Shown: positions 8,302-17,807, counted from the first letter of the stretch. The stretch: 64,000 nucleotides of DNA from Alphaproteobacteria bacterium (GCA_965232515.1 CBDDPY010000002.1:6976001-7040000); one strand, 5' to 3'. Made by a program: numbers and translations. Notes: generated by a model from the letters alone, not told the origin.

Positions 8302-10755
8302 TCACCAGGTCGCACGGACGCTCAGCAAGAATGCGCGGGGCTCGCCATAGAAGTTCTGGCGACGAGCATCGCTCACTTTTTCGTAGTACTTCTCGTCAAA
8401 GAGATTCGTGACCGTAAAGGCACCCTCTAAATGCTCCGACAGGCGATAGCCAATCTGAGCGGATACCGTCGCATAACCGTCCTCAACGAAACGAACGCTG
8501 CCACTCTCTGAGTAGAACTGGCTAACCCATTTCACGCCTCCGCCAACACTTAAGCCATCAAGCGGGTCTTTGGAGAACTCGTATTTGGTCCACAAATTGA
8601 ATTTGTGTTTGGGCGTGAAAGTCGCGAAGGTCTGCCCCTCTTGCGTGGCCGCCGCGGTCACATACTCGGTCGTCGTATAGGCATAGCCGACCAGTATGTC
8701 CCACCCAGGAAGTGGACTGCCGCTCACCTCCGCCTCGAAACCTTCGCTGCGCACTTCGCCCGCCGCGATGGAGAACATCGGATTGCTGGGGTCTTGTAAG
8801 GCCCGGTTTTGATCTTCGATACGGTAGGCGGCAAGATGGCCCAAAACCGCGCCGTCCAGGAACTCGGCCTTTAGGCCGATCTCGTACTGATCTCCGGTTC
8901 TCGGCTCGAGCAAGTCTCCAGACGCCGTGCTCGCAGACTGCGGTTCGAAAATCGATGCATAAGATCCGTAGACAGAGATATTGGTGTTCAAGTCGGCAAC
9001 CAGCGCAACATAAGGCGTGACCTCCCCGTCAACGCTCTGCCGATCTCCTGAAAAAGAGACCTGCCGCCACCAGCTTGCCCGCCCGCCGACGACGATCGTG
9101 CCCCAGTTGATCGGTTTCATTCGGAGCTGGCCGTAGACGCCATACTGTTCCTGTTCGGACTCAGTAGGGTCGAATGGGGCGAAATCCGGCTCCGGAATGT
9201 CGTGGACGGGGTTGAAGATGTTTGACGAAAAGGCAGGGCCTACGGCGAAATGCGTTCTCTTCTCCTCATACTCGCGATAGTCAGCGCCTATGAGGATGTT
9301 GTGTGTCTGTCCGCCGAGTTCGAAAGGTGTGGCGCCATGAGCATCCACGGTTATCGTCTCGCGGTCGCGGCCCCATTCAACCCTTTGGATGGCGAAGTCG
9401 CCGGTGACCGGATCGATCGCGCTATTAGCCCGGGCGGCACGGTAGTACATCGTCCGATCCACTTTTCTACCCGACGCTTGCAAATGGCCACCGTTTTCCA
9501 ATCGATGGTTCAACTCTATGAAGTAGTCGCCGGTCGTAATTTCCTGCCGGTTCCAATCAGCGCCCGTGAAGGTCGAACGATCAACGTCGGCCAATGTTCC
9601 GTCAGCGAAAGCTGGGAGACCCTGATCCATCACCGAGTCGATATCCTGATAAGTCGCTCCCACCGACAATGTCGTCATGTCCGTGACATCAAGCTCGACG
9701 GTGCCATAGGTGAGCCACTTTTCCGACCCGACGATATCGACAAACGAGTCCCGATCGTCATAAAGCCCGACGATCCGAGCGCGCAAACGTCCAGAGTCGA
9801 CTAAGGGCCCCGCAACATCCAACTCACCGCGGTACGTATTCCACGATCCGACCAGAGCTCCCGCCGCCGCAGCAAACTCAGTACTCGGACGTTTGCGCAC
9901 GAGATTGATCGTGGCGCCGGGCTCACCGGGCCCTTGGAACAGACCGGCCGGCCCTCGCAACACTTCGATTCTGTCGTAGATCGCCAGGTCGAGGCTCGTT
10001 GCGATGTTGCCATCCGCCGACGTTGATACGCCGTCAAGGAGCACCGAGTTAGCCTCATATCCACGGGCCGTGATCCTGTTGAAATGCCCGGCGCCATCGA
10101 ACCTCTGGACCGTCATACCTGTGGTCTGCTTCATGGCATCCTGAAGCGTCGTGAAATTCTGATCGTCCATCCGTTGCCGGGTCACGACACTGACGGATTG
10201 GGGCGTTTCACGGATACTGGTCGGTATCTTCGAACCAACGGAAACTCTCGAACCTGTATATGAACCGGTGCCTTCGGTTCGGCCGGGATCGGCCGGGGAG
10301 GCAGCCTCCACCGTGATAGGCCTGAGCCGCATCGGCCCATCGCCTTCTTGCGCCACGTCGCGCTCCAGCGTGACGGCATTGGCGCTGGTATAGCGGTAAC
10401 TCAGGCCGCTCCCTGCCACGAGCCGTTCGAGCGCCTGTCTGGCCGTAAAAGCCCCGCGCAGCGCCGGCGCCGTATGATCATATGTCGATGTTTCGGTATA
10501 GAGCACCTGCAGGCCGGTTACGGCGGAGAAGTCGGCGATGGCCCGCGGCAATGGTTTGGACGGGATATCGAACTCGTAAGTCTGCTCGGCCTGGGCCAAG
10601 CGGACGGCGCCAGCGCCCACCTCATCAACCTGACTCCGCGCCACAGCCGGCGATACCGCCGTTAATGCCAGCGCTGATGCGCCCGCCAGCAACCAAACAC
10701 ACCAAATACCCCTTACGCCCCCCGCAACTGAAACCACGTCCTTGTCTCCTTCCAC
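8302..10755 (-). CDS. TonB-dependent siderophore receptor (FpvA/FhuE-like) with STN domain
   Basis: RETPQSVSVVTRQRMDDQ, YDRIEVLRGPAGL, NLFDEKYY, YGEPR, C-terminal Trp. Confidence 0.92.
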   Translation of the reverse strand: MEGDKDVVSVAGGVRGIWCVWLLAGASALALTAVSPAVARSQVDEVGAGAVRLAQAEQTYEFDIPSKPLPRAIADFSAVTGLQVLYTETSTYDHTAPALRGAFTARQALERLVAGSGLSYRYTSANAVTLERDVAQEGDGPMRLRPITVEAASPADPGRTEGTGSYTGSRVSVGSKIPTSIRETPQSVSVVTRQRMDDQNFTTLQDAMKQTTGMTVQRFDGAGHFNRITARGYEANSVLLDGVSTSADGNIATSLDLAIYDRIEVLRGPAGLFQGPGEPGATINLVRKRPSTEFAAAAGALVGSWNTYRGELDVAGPLVDSGRLRARIVGLYDDRDSFVDIVGSEKWLTYGTVELDVTDMTTLSVGATYQDIDSVMDQGLPAFADGTLADVDRSTFTGADWNRQEITTGDYFIELNHRLENGGHLQASGRKVDRTMYYRAARANSAIDPVTGDFAIQRVEWGRDRETITVDAHGATPFELGGQTHNILIGADYREYEEKRTHFAVGPAFSSNIFNPVHDIPEPDFAPFDPTESEQEQYGVYGQLRMKPINWGTIVVGGRASWWRQVSFSGDRQSVDGEVTPYVALVADLNTNISVYGSYASIFEPQSASTASGDLLEPRTGDQYEIGLKAEFLDGAVLGHLAAYRIEDQNRALQDPSNPMFSIAAGEVRSEGFEAEVSGSPLPGWDILVGYAYTTTEYVTAAATQEGQTFATFTPKHKFNLWTKYEFSKDPLDGLSVGGGVKWVSQFYSESGSVRFVEDGYATVSAQIGYRLSEHLEGAFTVTNLFDEKYYEKVSDARRQNFYGEPRAFLLSVRATW

Positions 10756-10764
10756 ACAAATTAC

Positions 10765-10785
10765 GAATGAGAAGCATTCGCATCA
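10765..10785. promoter_or_regulatory. Fur-like box upstream of receptor 2
   Basis: GAATGAGAAGCATTCGCATCA imperfect palindrome. Confidence 0.6.
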
Positions 10786-10789
10786 TTGA

Positions 10790-10818
10790 TATGACCGGTG
10801 AGACAGGGCAAATCCCCC
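10790..10818 (-). promoter_or_regulatory. Putative ECF sigma promoter, type B, for receptor 2
   Basis: Minus strand GGGGGATTTGC-N12-GTCATA; same as 11953-11981. Confidence 0.65.
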
Positions 10819-10863
10819 TAACTGCGAGAGTCCTTTTTTGGGGGCGGTGGAAAGCGACGGCGC

Positions 10864-11868
10864 TTAGCGCAGCAGCACCAGAAAATCCGTCATGCGGGTC
10901 ACGCGCACGGGTAGTGTGTCGGCGATGACTCCAAGTGCTGCGTCCGGATCGTCGGTTGCGAACACACCGCTAACCTTCAGATCTTCAAGGCCGCCGTCTA
11001 CGATGACGATATGCCCGCCGCGATACCGGTTCAGTTCGGCGATGACCTCGCGCAGGGGGGTGTTGAAGAAAACGAGCTGACCGCGCAACCACGCCGTGGC
11101 GGCGGTCTTGTCCAGGGTGATCGGGTCGGAGATTGCGCCATCGGACAGATGTGCTTGTTGCCCCGCATTCAAAGCAAGATAAGAGGGGGCGCCACGGTCC
11201 GGCTTGGCGGAGAGTTCAAGCTGTCCCTCGGTCAGCGTCACGATTGCTCCATCGTCTTCCAGACGCACGCCGAAACTTGTGCCCGTGACGCGAATATCGC
11301 CTTCCGTCATCTCTACCAGGAAGGGATGGTCTCCGTCCGGGCTTACGTCAAACCAGGCTTCGCCGCGCAGCAGGCGAACCCGCCGCTCGTCTGTCTCCAG
11401 GTTGACTGAAATCGCACTGTCCGTGTTCAGCATAACCCGGCTGCCATCCACCAGAGTGATCTGTGTTCGCTCGCCGACCGATGTCATATGATCGCTATTC
11501 AGTCGGATCATGACGTCATTGCGGTAAATCACGCCCGTCATCATCACGATGGCCAGACACGCGGCCAGGACCGCCGGTCCACGTGGAAATGCTCCGAAGC
11601 CAGACGGCTCCCGCCTGGTAAGCGCAGGTTTCTGATTGATCACCTGTTTGACGGGCGCTTCAAGCGCATTCCAGAGACTCTTGGTCTCCTCGAAGGCGCG
11701 CGCGTGACGCGGGTCGGCGGCCATCCACTGATCGAATTGAGCCCGTTGGGACGCCGCCGCGGCAGGATCGCTGTCGGGTTCTCGCAGGCGCGCGTGCCAG
11801 ATGGCCGCAGCTTCCAGAATGGTATCCGGAAGCTCTTCCGGTTTGCCTCTTCGACTTTCAGACGTCAT
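10864..11868 (-). CDS. fecR: FecR-family anti-sigma/transmembrane sensor
   Basis: AAIWHARL, WMAADPRH, LVDGSRVMLNTDS, GEAWFDV, AWLRGQLVF. Confidence 0.9.
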   Translation of the reverse strand: MTSESRRGKPEELPDTILEAAAIWHARLREPDSDPAAAASQRAQFDQWMAADPRHARAFEETKSLWNALEAPVKQVINQKPALTRREPSGFGAFPRGPAVLAACLAIVMMTGVIYRNDVMIRLNSDHMTSVGERTQITLVDGSRVMLNTDSAISVNLETDERRVRLLRGEAWFDVSPDGDHPFLVEMTEGDIRVTGTSFGVRLEDDGAIVTLTEGQLELSAKPDRGAPSYLALNAGQQAHLSDGAISDPITLDKTAATAWLRGQLVFFNTPLREVIAELNRYRGGHIVIVDGGLEDLKVSGVFATDDPDAALGVIADTLPVRVTRMTDFLVLLR

Positions 11869-11952
11869 GCCATGCCGTTCTCGCGAAGAGCGATGTAAAA
11901 GTGTCGCCGTAGCTTGGCGGCGTTTTTCTCAAACACATCGAACTGATGCTTC

Positions 11953-11981
11953 TATGACGGTTCCGCGCATGCAAATCCCCC
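11953..11981 (-). promoter_or_regulatory. Putative ECF sigma promoter, type B, for fecR2
   Basis: Minus strand GGGGGATTTGC-N12-GTCATA in the fecI2-fecR2 gap. Confidence 0.65.
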
Positions 11982-12027
11982 CAAGCCAAAAAGTACACGT
12001 ACTGAAAAACCCACATACGGCGGCGCA

Positions 12028-12561
12028 TCAAAACTCGCGCCCCGCGTCCCTCAGCCTCTTCCGGCAATGAACCATGGCCCGGGCAATCTGGTTTTCCACG
12101 GTCTTTTCCGAGATACTTAGCCGCTGCGCGATCTGGCGCATCGTCAACCCCTGGCCCCGATAGAGAATGAAGATATGCCGGCGTTTGGCGGGTAACTCCT
12201 GAACCGCCGCGGCCAGGGTCGCGAGTTCCTGCCGCGCCGCCACTTCCGTCTCCGGCGACAGGACATCGCACACCGTCTGATCGGCTGCAATTCCCGCTTC
12301 CCGGTCGGACCGCACGGTTTCACGCTTCAGGTGATCGATCGCCAGATTGCCCGCCATGCGGAAGACATAGGCCTTGGCGTTCTCCGGCATCGCGGCGGCG
12401 CTGGTGCTTGCGCGAACCCAAGTGTCCTGGACAACGTCGTCAGCCAAGCTCTCCGAGCCGGTTCGGCGTCGGACGAAACGGCGCAAATCCTCATAATAGG
12501 CTTCGACAGCCTGCGCCAAAGTTTTGAACCGGATCTGCGTCATTCCATTGGCCGTGTTCAA
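12028..12561 (-). CDS. fecI: FecI-like ECF sigma-70 factor
   Basis: ADDVVQDTWVR, AYVFRMAGNLAID, LPAKRRHIF...IAQRLSISEKTVE. Confidence 0.9.
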   Translation of the reverse strand: MNTANGMTQIRFKTLAQAVEAYYEDLRRFVRRRTGSESLADDVVQDTWVRASTSAAAMPENAKAYVFRMAGNLAIDHLKRETVRSDREAGIAADQTVCDVLSPETEVAARQELATLAAAVQELPAKRRHIFILYRGQGLTMRQIAQRLSISEKTVENQIARAMVHCRKRLRDAGREF

Positions 12562-12642
12562 CCCACACCGAATGCGCCGACGTCACCTGCAACGTCGACC
12601 CGTCCGTGTTCGTTCAAAGCGGTGAAAAACCTACCCTATGAT

Positions 12643-12663
12643 AGATGCGAGTCATTCTCAATA
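12643..12663. promoter_or_regulatory. Fur-like box upstream of fecI2
   Basis: AGATGCGAGTCATTCTCAATA, close match to the alphaproteobacterial Fur motif. Confidence 0.72.
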
Positions 12664-12913
12664 GGAGGAATCCCGTCAACGAACGCCCTGACGCTTGGGG
12701 GAAACCGGCCGCCGCACCAGTCATACCTGTAAGCGCATCGCTTGCATTACGCTTCGAGTGCGGCGGTGAGATCAAACTGTGGATCAGGTCATTTGTTGCG
12801 GAAATGGGAGCCGGCAGGGCGATTTCATGGCTAATGAAGAGGAAGCAAACGAAAAAGTCCGTCCTCTGGGTGGGCCGCGAAGTGTAAGGAAATCGGCGTG
12901 CTCTTCGTGCAGC

Positions 12914-13522
12914 ATGTTTTTATCGCCGCAAAATTCGGTCCTGATTGTTATCGACCCTCTAAAGTCCATCGTCTCTGGCTTTAATCCATCGATAAAGAAA
13001 GAGCTGGGGGCGAAAACGACCGCACTTCTCAGGGCGGCGACCAACTTGAACATCGCCGTCATTGTCTCGGCGCTCGGGGTTGACGGTGACACCGCTGAGT
13101 TGATCGAAGGCACGAGGATCGAAAGCGATGGCTGCCAGGTCATATGGCGCGAAACGGTCAGTCCTTGGGATGGGGGTGAGTTGCTGTCACAGCTTGAATG
13201 CTATAGCCGCCCCGCATTGGTAATCGCCGGTGTAGCAGGGACCCCCTCCATCGCGCTGACCATCCTTGGTGCGTTGCAGGAGGGCTATGACGTCCATTTC
13301 CCCACCGACATTTGTGTAGATGCATCACGAAGCCTCGATGCCGAGATCTTCCCCCTACGTCTGGCTCTGGCGGGTGCTGTGCCGACGACGCTCAATCAGG
13401 TTCTCGCCGAATGGGCGCGAGACGATCCAAAGTCCGTATGCCGCGCCGTTCTTGCCGACAGCGACCAAAAACCAAATCTTCAGATAGCGTTTTGGCGCTT
13501 ATTGGACGGTTTGAACAAGTAG
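12914..13522 (+). CDS. Isochorismatase/YcaC-like hydrolase fold protein, catalytic Cys apparently absent
   Basis: SVLIVID, LVIAG, ALQEGYDVHFPTDIC, RLALAGAVPTT...LAEWARD. Start uncertain (track ORF from 12779). Confidence 0.6.
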   Translation: MFLSPQNSVLIVIDPLKSIVSGFNPSIKKELGAKTTALLRAATNLNIAVIVSALGVDGDTAELIEGTRIESDGCQVIWRETVSPWDGGELLSQLECYSRPALVIAGVAGTPSIALTILGALQEGYDVHFPTDICVDASRSLDAEIFPLRLALAGAVPTTLNQVLAEWARDDPKSVCRAVLADSDQKPNLQIAFWRLLDGLNK

Positions 13523-13669
13523 CGCAGCTATTTGCGCACCGCATTCCTTATTCAAAGGAGTTTGGAATCCGCAGGCTGTCGAGGCTTCAATGACAATCAT
13601 AGGACAAGCATGCTGGGATGAAGATTCGGCATACCGCCTATGGGTTGATCAGAAACGCGATCTGTCAGT

Positions 13670-14116
13670 TCATCCGGCTTTTTTGTCTCGGTCGTTTCGG
13701 ACTTCGACTGCAAGGTCCGTCAACGCCGAACGGACGTCCGAGGCGGCTCTGTCGAGTTTCTCAGCAAGTGCGGCCAGTTCCCGCCGGTCGGAGGCTTCCG
13801 GGCCGCACTGCACCCGAGCCAGCATGGATTTCAGGAGATCGTCGATTGCGCATTGCGGCAGCGGGCCATTGTGGCCGGCAAGCGCCAGGAGCACTGGTTC
13901 CGGCAACGCATCGCTCTGAAGACAGACGGTTCCGTCCGGTGTCAGCGCGTTCTCGAGTTCGAGAACGCGGGCCAGTTCGACCAAAATCGGCGCAAGCGGG
14001 AATTTGAGCGTAGCGAGCTGGCTTGCGCCCGCGGCCTTATACCCCACCGTCAGGGTCGAACTCTCGGCCGAGTCGCTCCAATCGATTTCGACAAAAGGCT
14101 GTCCCTGGGATGGCAC
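13670..14116 (-). CDS. Hypothetical protein divergent from the XRE regulator
   Basis: 148-aa ORF with plausible composition and a helical C-terminus; family not recognised. Confidence 0.5.
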   Translation of the reverse strand: MPSQGQPFVEIDWSDSAESSTLTVGYKAAGASQLATLKFPLAPILVELARVLELENALTPDGTVCLQSDALPEPVLLALAGHNGPLPQCAIDDLLKSMLARVQCGPEASDRRELAALAEKLDRAASDVRSALTDLAVEVRNDRDKKAG

Positions 14117-14189
14117 GTTCGAACGTCGCCCCGCTTTTTCTTAGTTGAATGGCCCCTAACGCCCCTATTTTGCAAGGGCGATCCGAATC

Positions 14190-14219
14190 CCTAGTATACT
14201 AGGTGGCAATATACTAGGT
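14190..14219. promoter_or_regulatory. Controller (C)-protein-type double operator
   Basis: CTAG-TATA-CTAG-GTG-GCAA-TATA-CTAG: a perfect palindrome, a GTG spacer and a degenerate second site; TATACTAGGT repeats with 15-bp period, about 20 bp before the XRE gene. Confidence 0.65.
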
Positions 14220-14238
14220 ACGGCGGCTGTCTTTCGCA

Positions 14239-14457
14239 ATGACGTTGCGAGAGACAGTAGCAAGAAATTTGCGCCGAATCAGGGCCGAAAAGGGTGTTAG
14301 TCAGGAAGAATTGGCTGACCAGGCGGATATGAATCGCAATTATGTTGGCATGATCGAGCGCTGCGAGAACGCGGCTACGGTCGATACGCTGGAACGGTTC
14401 GCCGAAGCCCTTAAGGTCGATCCGGTCGAGTTCTTCTCACCACCGAAAAAGGGCTAA
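14239..14457 (+). CDS. XRE-family HTH regulator (C-protein/QseC-like)
   Basis: NLRRIRAEKGVSQEELA...RNYVGMIER...TVDTLERFAEAL. Confidence 0.85.
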   Translation: MTLRETVARNLRRIRAEKGVSQEELADQADMNRNYVGMIERCENAATVDTLERFAEALKVDPVEFFSPPKKG

Positions 14458-14521
14458 ACGGCTCTCTCCTACGCCGTCTCCATCGCTTTCCCACATGAAC
14501 CATCCGTGCCGTCTTCAGTAA

Positions 14522-14659
14522 GGCTGGCCCCGTGTTCCTCCGGGGAATCCCTCCTGCCCAGAAAGTGAAAGTCTCCCTCCCGCCGGGCGAAGCCCGGCGT
14601 CCTGAAAAGCAAAGCAGCCGGAGCTTCTTGTCGCCACCTGACCTGAAGGAGACCGGCCC
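14522..14659 (+). repeat. Structured leader element, copy 1
   Basis: AAAGTGAAAG...CGCCGGGC-GAA-GCCCGGCG...AAAGCAAAG...GGAGCTTCT...AAGGAGAC..ATG; shared with 15588-15729. Confidence 0.8.
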
Positions 14660-15538
14660 ATGCCCGCCGCCACAAAGGAGAATCCCCATTCTTCAATAGA
14701 TACGCCGTTTTCGCTGCCTGAAGGCAACGTGCAAATCGCATTTTCCGGAGGCAGATCGTCTGCTTACATGTTGCATCATATTTTGCAGGCGAATGGCTCG
14801 CTCCCCAACAGTGTGCAAGTGCTGTTCACTAACACCGGCCGCGAGTTCAACGAATCCCTCAACTTCGTTCAGGAATGCGCGTCCCGTTGGCAAGTGCCGA
14901 TCACCTGGTTGGAATACCGTCCGGACCCGCCTTATTTCGAGACGGTCAGCCATAACACCGCTTCGCGAAATGGGGAGCCGTTCGAGGCACTCATTAAAAA
15001 GCGACGCTACCTTCCAAATCAGCATGCGCGCTTTTGCACGGCGGAACTCAAGGTGCGTACGGCCTCACGATATCTTCGCTCAAAGGGTTGGGAGCATTGG
15101 ACGACCGTGTTGGGCATCCGCGCCGACGAACCGAAACGGCTAAGCGGACCGCCGCCGCGCGAGCGTTGGACCTGCGCCTATCCGCTCTCAGTGGCTGGCG
15201 TCACACGCAGGTGCGTCGAGGCGTTTTGGAAGCAACAGCCGTTCGACCTCCGACTTCCATCCGTAAATGGACGTACGCCGCTCGGCAATTGCGACGGCTG
15301 TTTTCTGAAGTCGGAGCGCTTGATCGCCTCGCTCATACGGGATTTTCCCGAACGCGCCGATTGGTGGGAGCGCATGGAGCGCGAGACGACGGAGATCGCC
15401 AACAAGCCGTCCGGCGCGCGGTTCTCGAAAAACTACTCAAGATCTGAAATGCGCGATTTCATCGAGCGTCAGTCGGACTGGATCTTCGACGACGGCGTAG
15501 ATCTGTTGTGTGCCGCCAATGGCGGCGATTGCCTTTAG
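14660..15538 (+). CDS. PAPS-reductase-family (PP-loop) protein of the phage/ICE type
   Basis: FSGGRSSAYM, NTGRE, RFCTAELK, GIRADE, GNCDGCFLKS, terminal Cys pair. Confidence 0.8.
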   Translation: MPAATKENPHSSIDTPFSLPEGNVQIAFSGGRSSAYMLHHILQANGSLPNSVQVLFTNTGREFNESLNFVQECASRWQVPITWLEYRPDPPYFETVSHNTASRNGEPFEALIKKRRYLPNQHARFCTAELKVRTASRYLRSKGWEHWTTVLGIRADEPKRLSGPPPRERWTCAYPLSVAGVTRRCVEAFWKQQPFDLRLPSVNGRTPLGNCDGCFLKSERLIASLIRDFPERADWWERMERETTEIANKPSGARFSKNYSRSEMRDFIERQSDWIFDDGVDLLCAANGGDCL

Positions 15539-15587
15539 CCCCTCGTCGAAGCGGCATTATTGGGGCGCCACGGACGAGACCGGCAAA

Positions 15588-15729
15588 CCGGCCTCGCTCT
15601 CCCGCGCCATTCCCCGAAACGTTCCCCCAAAAAGTGAAAGTCCTGTTCCAGCCGGGCGAAGCCCGGCTTCCCGGAAAGCAAAGAGGCCGGAGCTTCTCCT
15701 TATCCACTCGAACCCAAGGAGACTGGCTC
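15588..15729 (+). repeat. Structured leader element, copy 2
   Basis: CCGGCCTC...AAAGTGAAAG...AGCCGGGC-GAA-GCCCGGCT...AAAGCAAA-GAGGCCGG-AGCTTCT...AAGGAGAC..ATG. Confidence 0.8.
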
Positions 15730-17730
15730 ATGACCACCCAGCCCCAAACCGGGGAGATCGTGCATCTTCCCCTGTCCAAACTCATCATGTCCCGTGACAA
15801 CCCGCGCAAGAGCCGGGCAAAGACGCCTGACGACTTCATGGTCGCGTCGATCCGCTCCCGCGGCCTCTTGCAGAACCTCGGGGTCCGTCTATCCGAGACC
15901 AATGCCGGGAAATATGAGGTCCGCTATGGCGGCCGGCGCCTTGCAGCCCTCCGTCAACTGACAAAGGATGGACACTTCGCCAAAACCCAAGAGTTCCCCT
16001 GCCGTATCGTGCCGGACGATGACGCCGATGCATCCGAGGAGGCCTTGGCCGAAAACATCGTTCGAGAGGCGCTTAGTCCGATCGACGACTTCGAAGCCTT
16101 CGCCAAGCTGGAAGGTCTCGGCCTCAGCGTTGAGGAAATCGCACGACGTTTCGGCATAACCGAGCGGGTCGTGCGTCAACGCCTGTCCCTTGGCCAGGCG
16201 GCCCCCTGCGTCCGCAAGGCCCTTCGGGAAGGCGATATCAATCTGGAGGTCGCCAAACTGTTCGCCGGCTGTCCCGATCTCGCCCGGCAAGAGCGGGTCT
16301 TCAAGGCGATCGACGAAGGAGGCCATTTCTCGGACCACTACGTTCGCAGAATGCTTTACGAAAATGCGGCGTCGAGCAACGACTCCATCGTCAAGTTCGT
16401 CACATTGGAAGCCTATGAAGCGGCCGGCGGGACGGTCGAACGCGATCTTTTCAGCGACGAAGTTCATCTTACGGACCTGGAGCTGCTCTCGACCCTGCGG
16501 GACGCCAAGCTTGCCGAAGAAGTCGAACGTCTGACCGCCGATGGCTGGTCCTGGGTCGAAGCCCATGAAGGCTATGCCTACGATCTCATGCACGGCTTCG
16601 ACCGTATCTACGGCAAGGTGGCCGAGAAGACCCCCGAGGAACTGTCCGAAGCCGTCAAGCTTCATGAAGAGCTCGATGACCTCCTTGAGAAAAACGCCGC
16701 CGCCGAAGATTGGAGCGATGAGGATTCCGAGCGCTACGATGCGATCGAAGAAAGGCTCGATGAATTGCGCGATGTTCAACGTGCTTTCACGGCCGAACAG
16801 AAAGCCGTCGCGGGTTGCATCATCTATCCGTCTAATGACGGCATTTCCGTCCACGAAGGTCTCGTCCGTAAGGAAGACCGAAAGAAAGTTCGTGCGCTTG
16901 CGGCGGATGATGGAGGGGCTGGAGATGGTGCAACGGACGATGGCGACGAAGAAACGCCGTCCACGTCAGCCGGCTATGGCCTCGGCCTACGAAGCGATCT
17001 TTCCGTCTATAAGGCCCAGGCCGTTCAGGCGGCCCTTGCGGAGACGCCGGAGACAGCGACCCTCGTGCATCAGTTCATCCTGGTGCGGCAAATCTTCGGA
17101 CCTGTCTTCGCAGCGGCGGACGGGACGACGCAGAAGGCGAACAAAGCGCATCTGACCGTTGAACGCGGCGAGCTTGGCGAGACAGCCGCGGCCGCAATCC
17201 TCGACCGGGCCGAGCGGGCGTTGCGCGCCGACATCTTCGACAATGCAGGCCTCGTCGGAAGCTGGAATGCCTTCAAGGCGCTCGACGCGAAGGAACGGGA
17301 CAGTCTCGTCGCCTTCGCCGTGGCCATGACGGTCGAAACCATGAGCAGCGGGGCGACACTGACGGCCCTCGTCGCTCACGAGATGGATCTCGATATTCGC
17401 GATTATTGGAAGCCCACGGGGGAGAACTTCTTCGCACGCATCAAGAAGGACCAGCTCGTCGCGTTTCTGAAGGAAACGGTAGGCGGCGACCTCGCAGCCA
17501 AACTCTCCAAGGACTTCAAGGCCAAGAAACCGGAATTGGTCGATCTCTGCGACGGTCTCATCCACGAGACGACGCCGGTCGATGACAAGCACCGCCAAGC
17601 CCTGGATGGTTGGGCGCCGCAGGACATGGGCTTCTCTGCGCCGGACCCGGATGACCGCGATGAAGCCGACGAACCGGAAGGCGATGGCGCACCGGCCAAC
17701 GACATCGATGTCGGCGAAGCCGCCGCCTGA
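15730..17730 (+). CDS. Large ParB/RepB/Spo0J-domain protein typical of conjugative leading regions
   Basis: NPRK, SIRSRGLLQNL, GGRRLAAL, AENIVRE, YEAAGG..ERDLF, YWKPT.ENFF.RI.K; AAGGAG before ATG 15730. Confidence 0.88.
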   Translation: MTTQPQTGEIVHLPLSKLIMSRDNPRKSRAKTPDDFMVASIRSRGLLQNLGVRLSETNAGKYEVRYGGRRLAALRQLTKDGHFAKTQEFPCRIVPDDDADASEEALAENIVREALSPIDDFEAFAKLEGLGLSVEEIARRFGITERVVRQRLSLGQAAPCVRKALREGDINLEVAKLFAGCPDLARQERVFKAIDEGGHFSDHYVRRMLYENAASSNDSIVKFVTLEAYEAAGGTVERDLFSDEVHLTDLELLSTLRDAKLAEEVERLTADGWSWVEAHEGYAYDLMHGFDRIYGKVAEKTPEELSEAVKLHEELDDLLEKNAAAEDWSDEDSERYDAIEERLDELRDVQRAFTAEQKAVAGCIIYPSNDGISVHEGLVRKEDRKKVRALAADDGGAGDGATDDGDEETPSTSAGYGLGLRSDLSVYKAQAVQAALAETPETATLVHQFILVRQIFGPVFAAADGTTQKANKAHLTVERGELGETAAAAILDRAERALRADIFDNAGLVGSWNAFKALDAKERDSLVAFAVAMTVETMSSGATLTALVAHEMDLDIRDYWKPTGENFFARIKKDQLVAFLKETVGGDLAAKLSKDFKAKKPELVDLCDGLIHETTPVDDKHRQALDGWAPQDMGFSAPDPDDRDEADEPEGDGAPANDIDVGEAAA

Positions 17731-17761
17731 CGGCAACGACTGATCCCTTCATCAACCCAAC

Positions 17762-17794
17762 AGCGCCCGCGGTTTCCGCGGGCGCTTTTCTTTT
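17762..17794 (+). terminator. Intrinsic terminator-like hairpin between parB-like gene and ardC
   Basis: AGCGCCCGCGG-TTT-CCGCGGGCGCT-TTTCTTTT. Confidence 0.65.
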
Positions 17795-17807
17795 CCGGAG
17801 ACTGAAC

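Noticed and set aside
14660-15538. Dnd/Ssp phosphorothioation system or cysH operon
   Set aside because: No dnd, ssp or cys partner genes in the window.
15508-15729. N-terminal extension of the ParB-like ORF
   Set aside because: It runs through the structured leader; the RBS supports ATG 15730.
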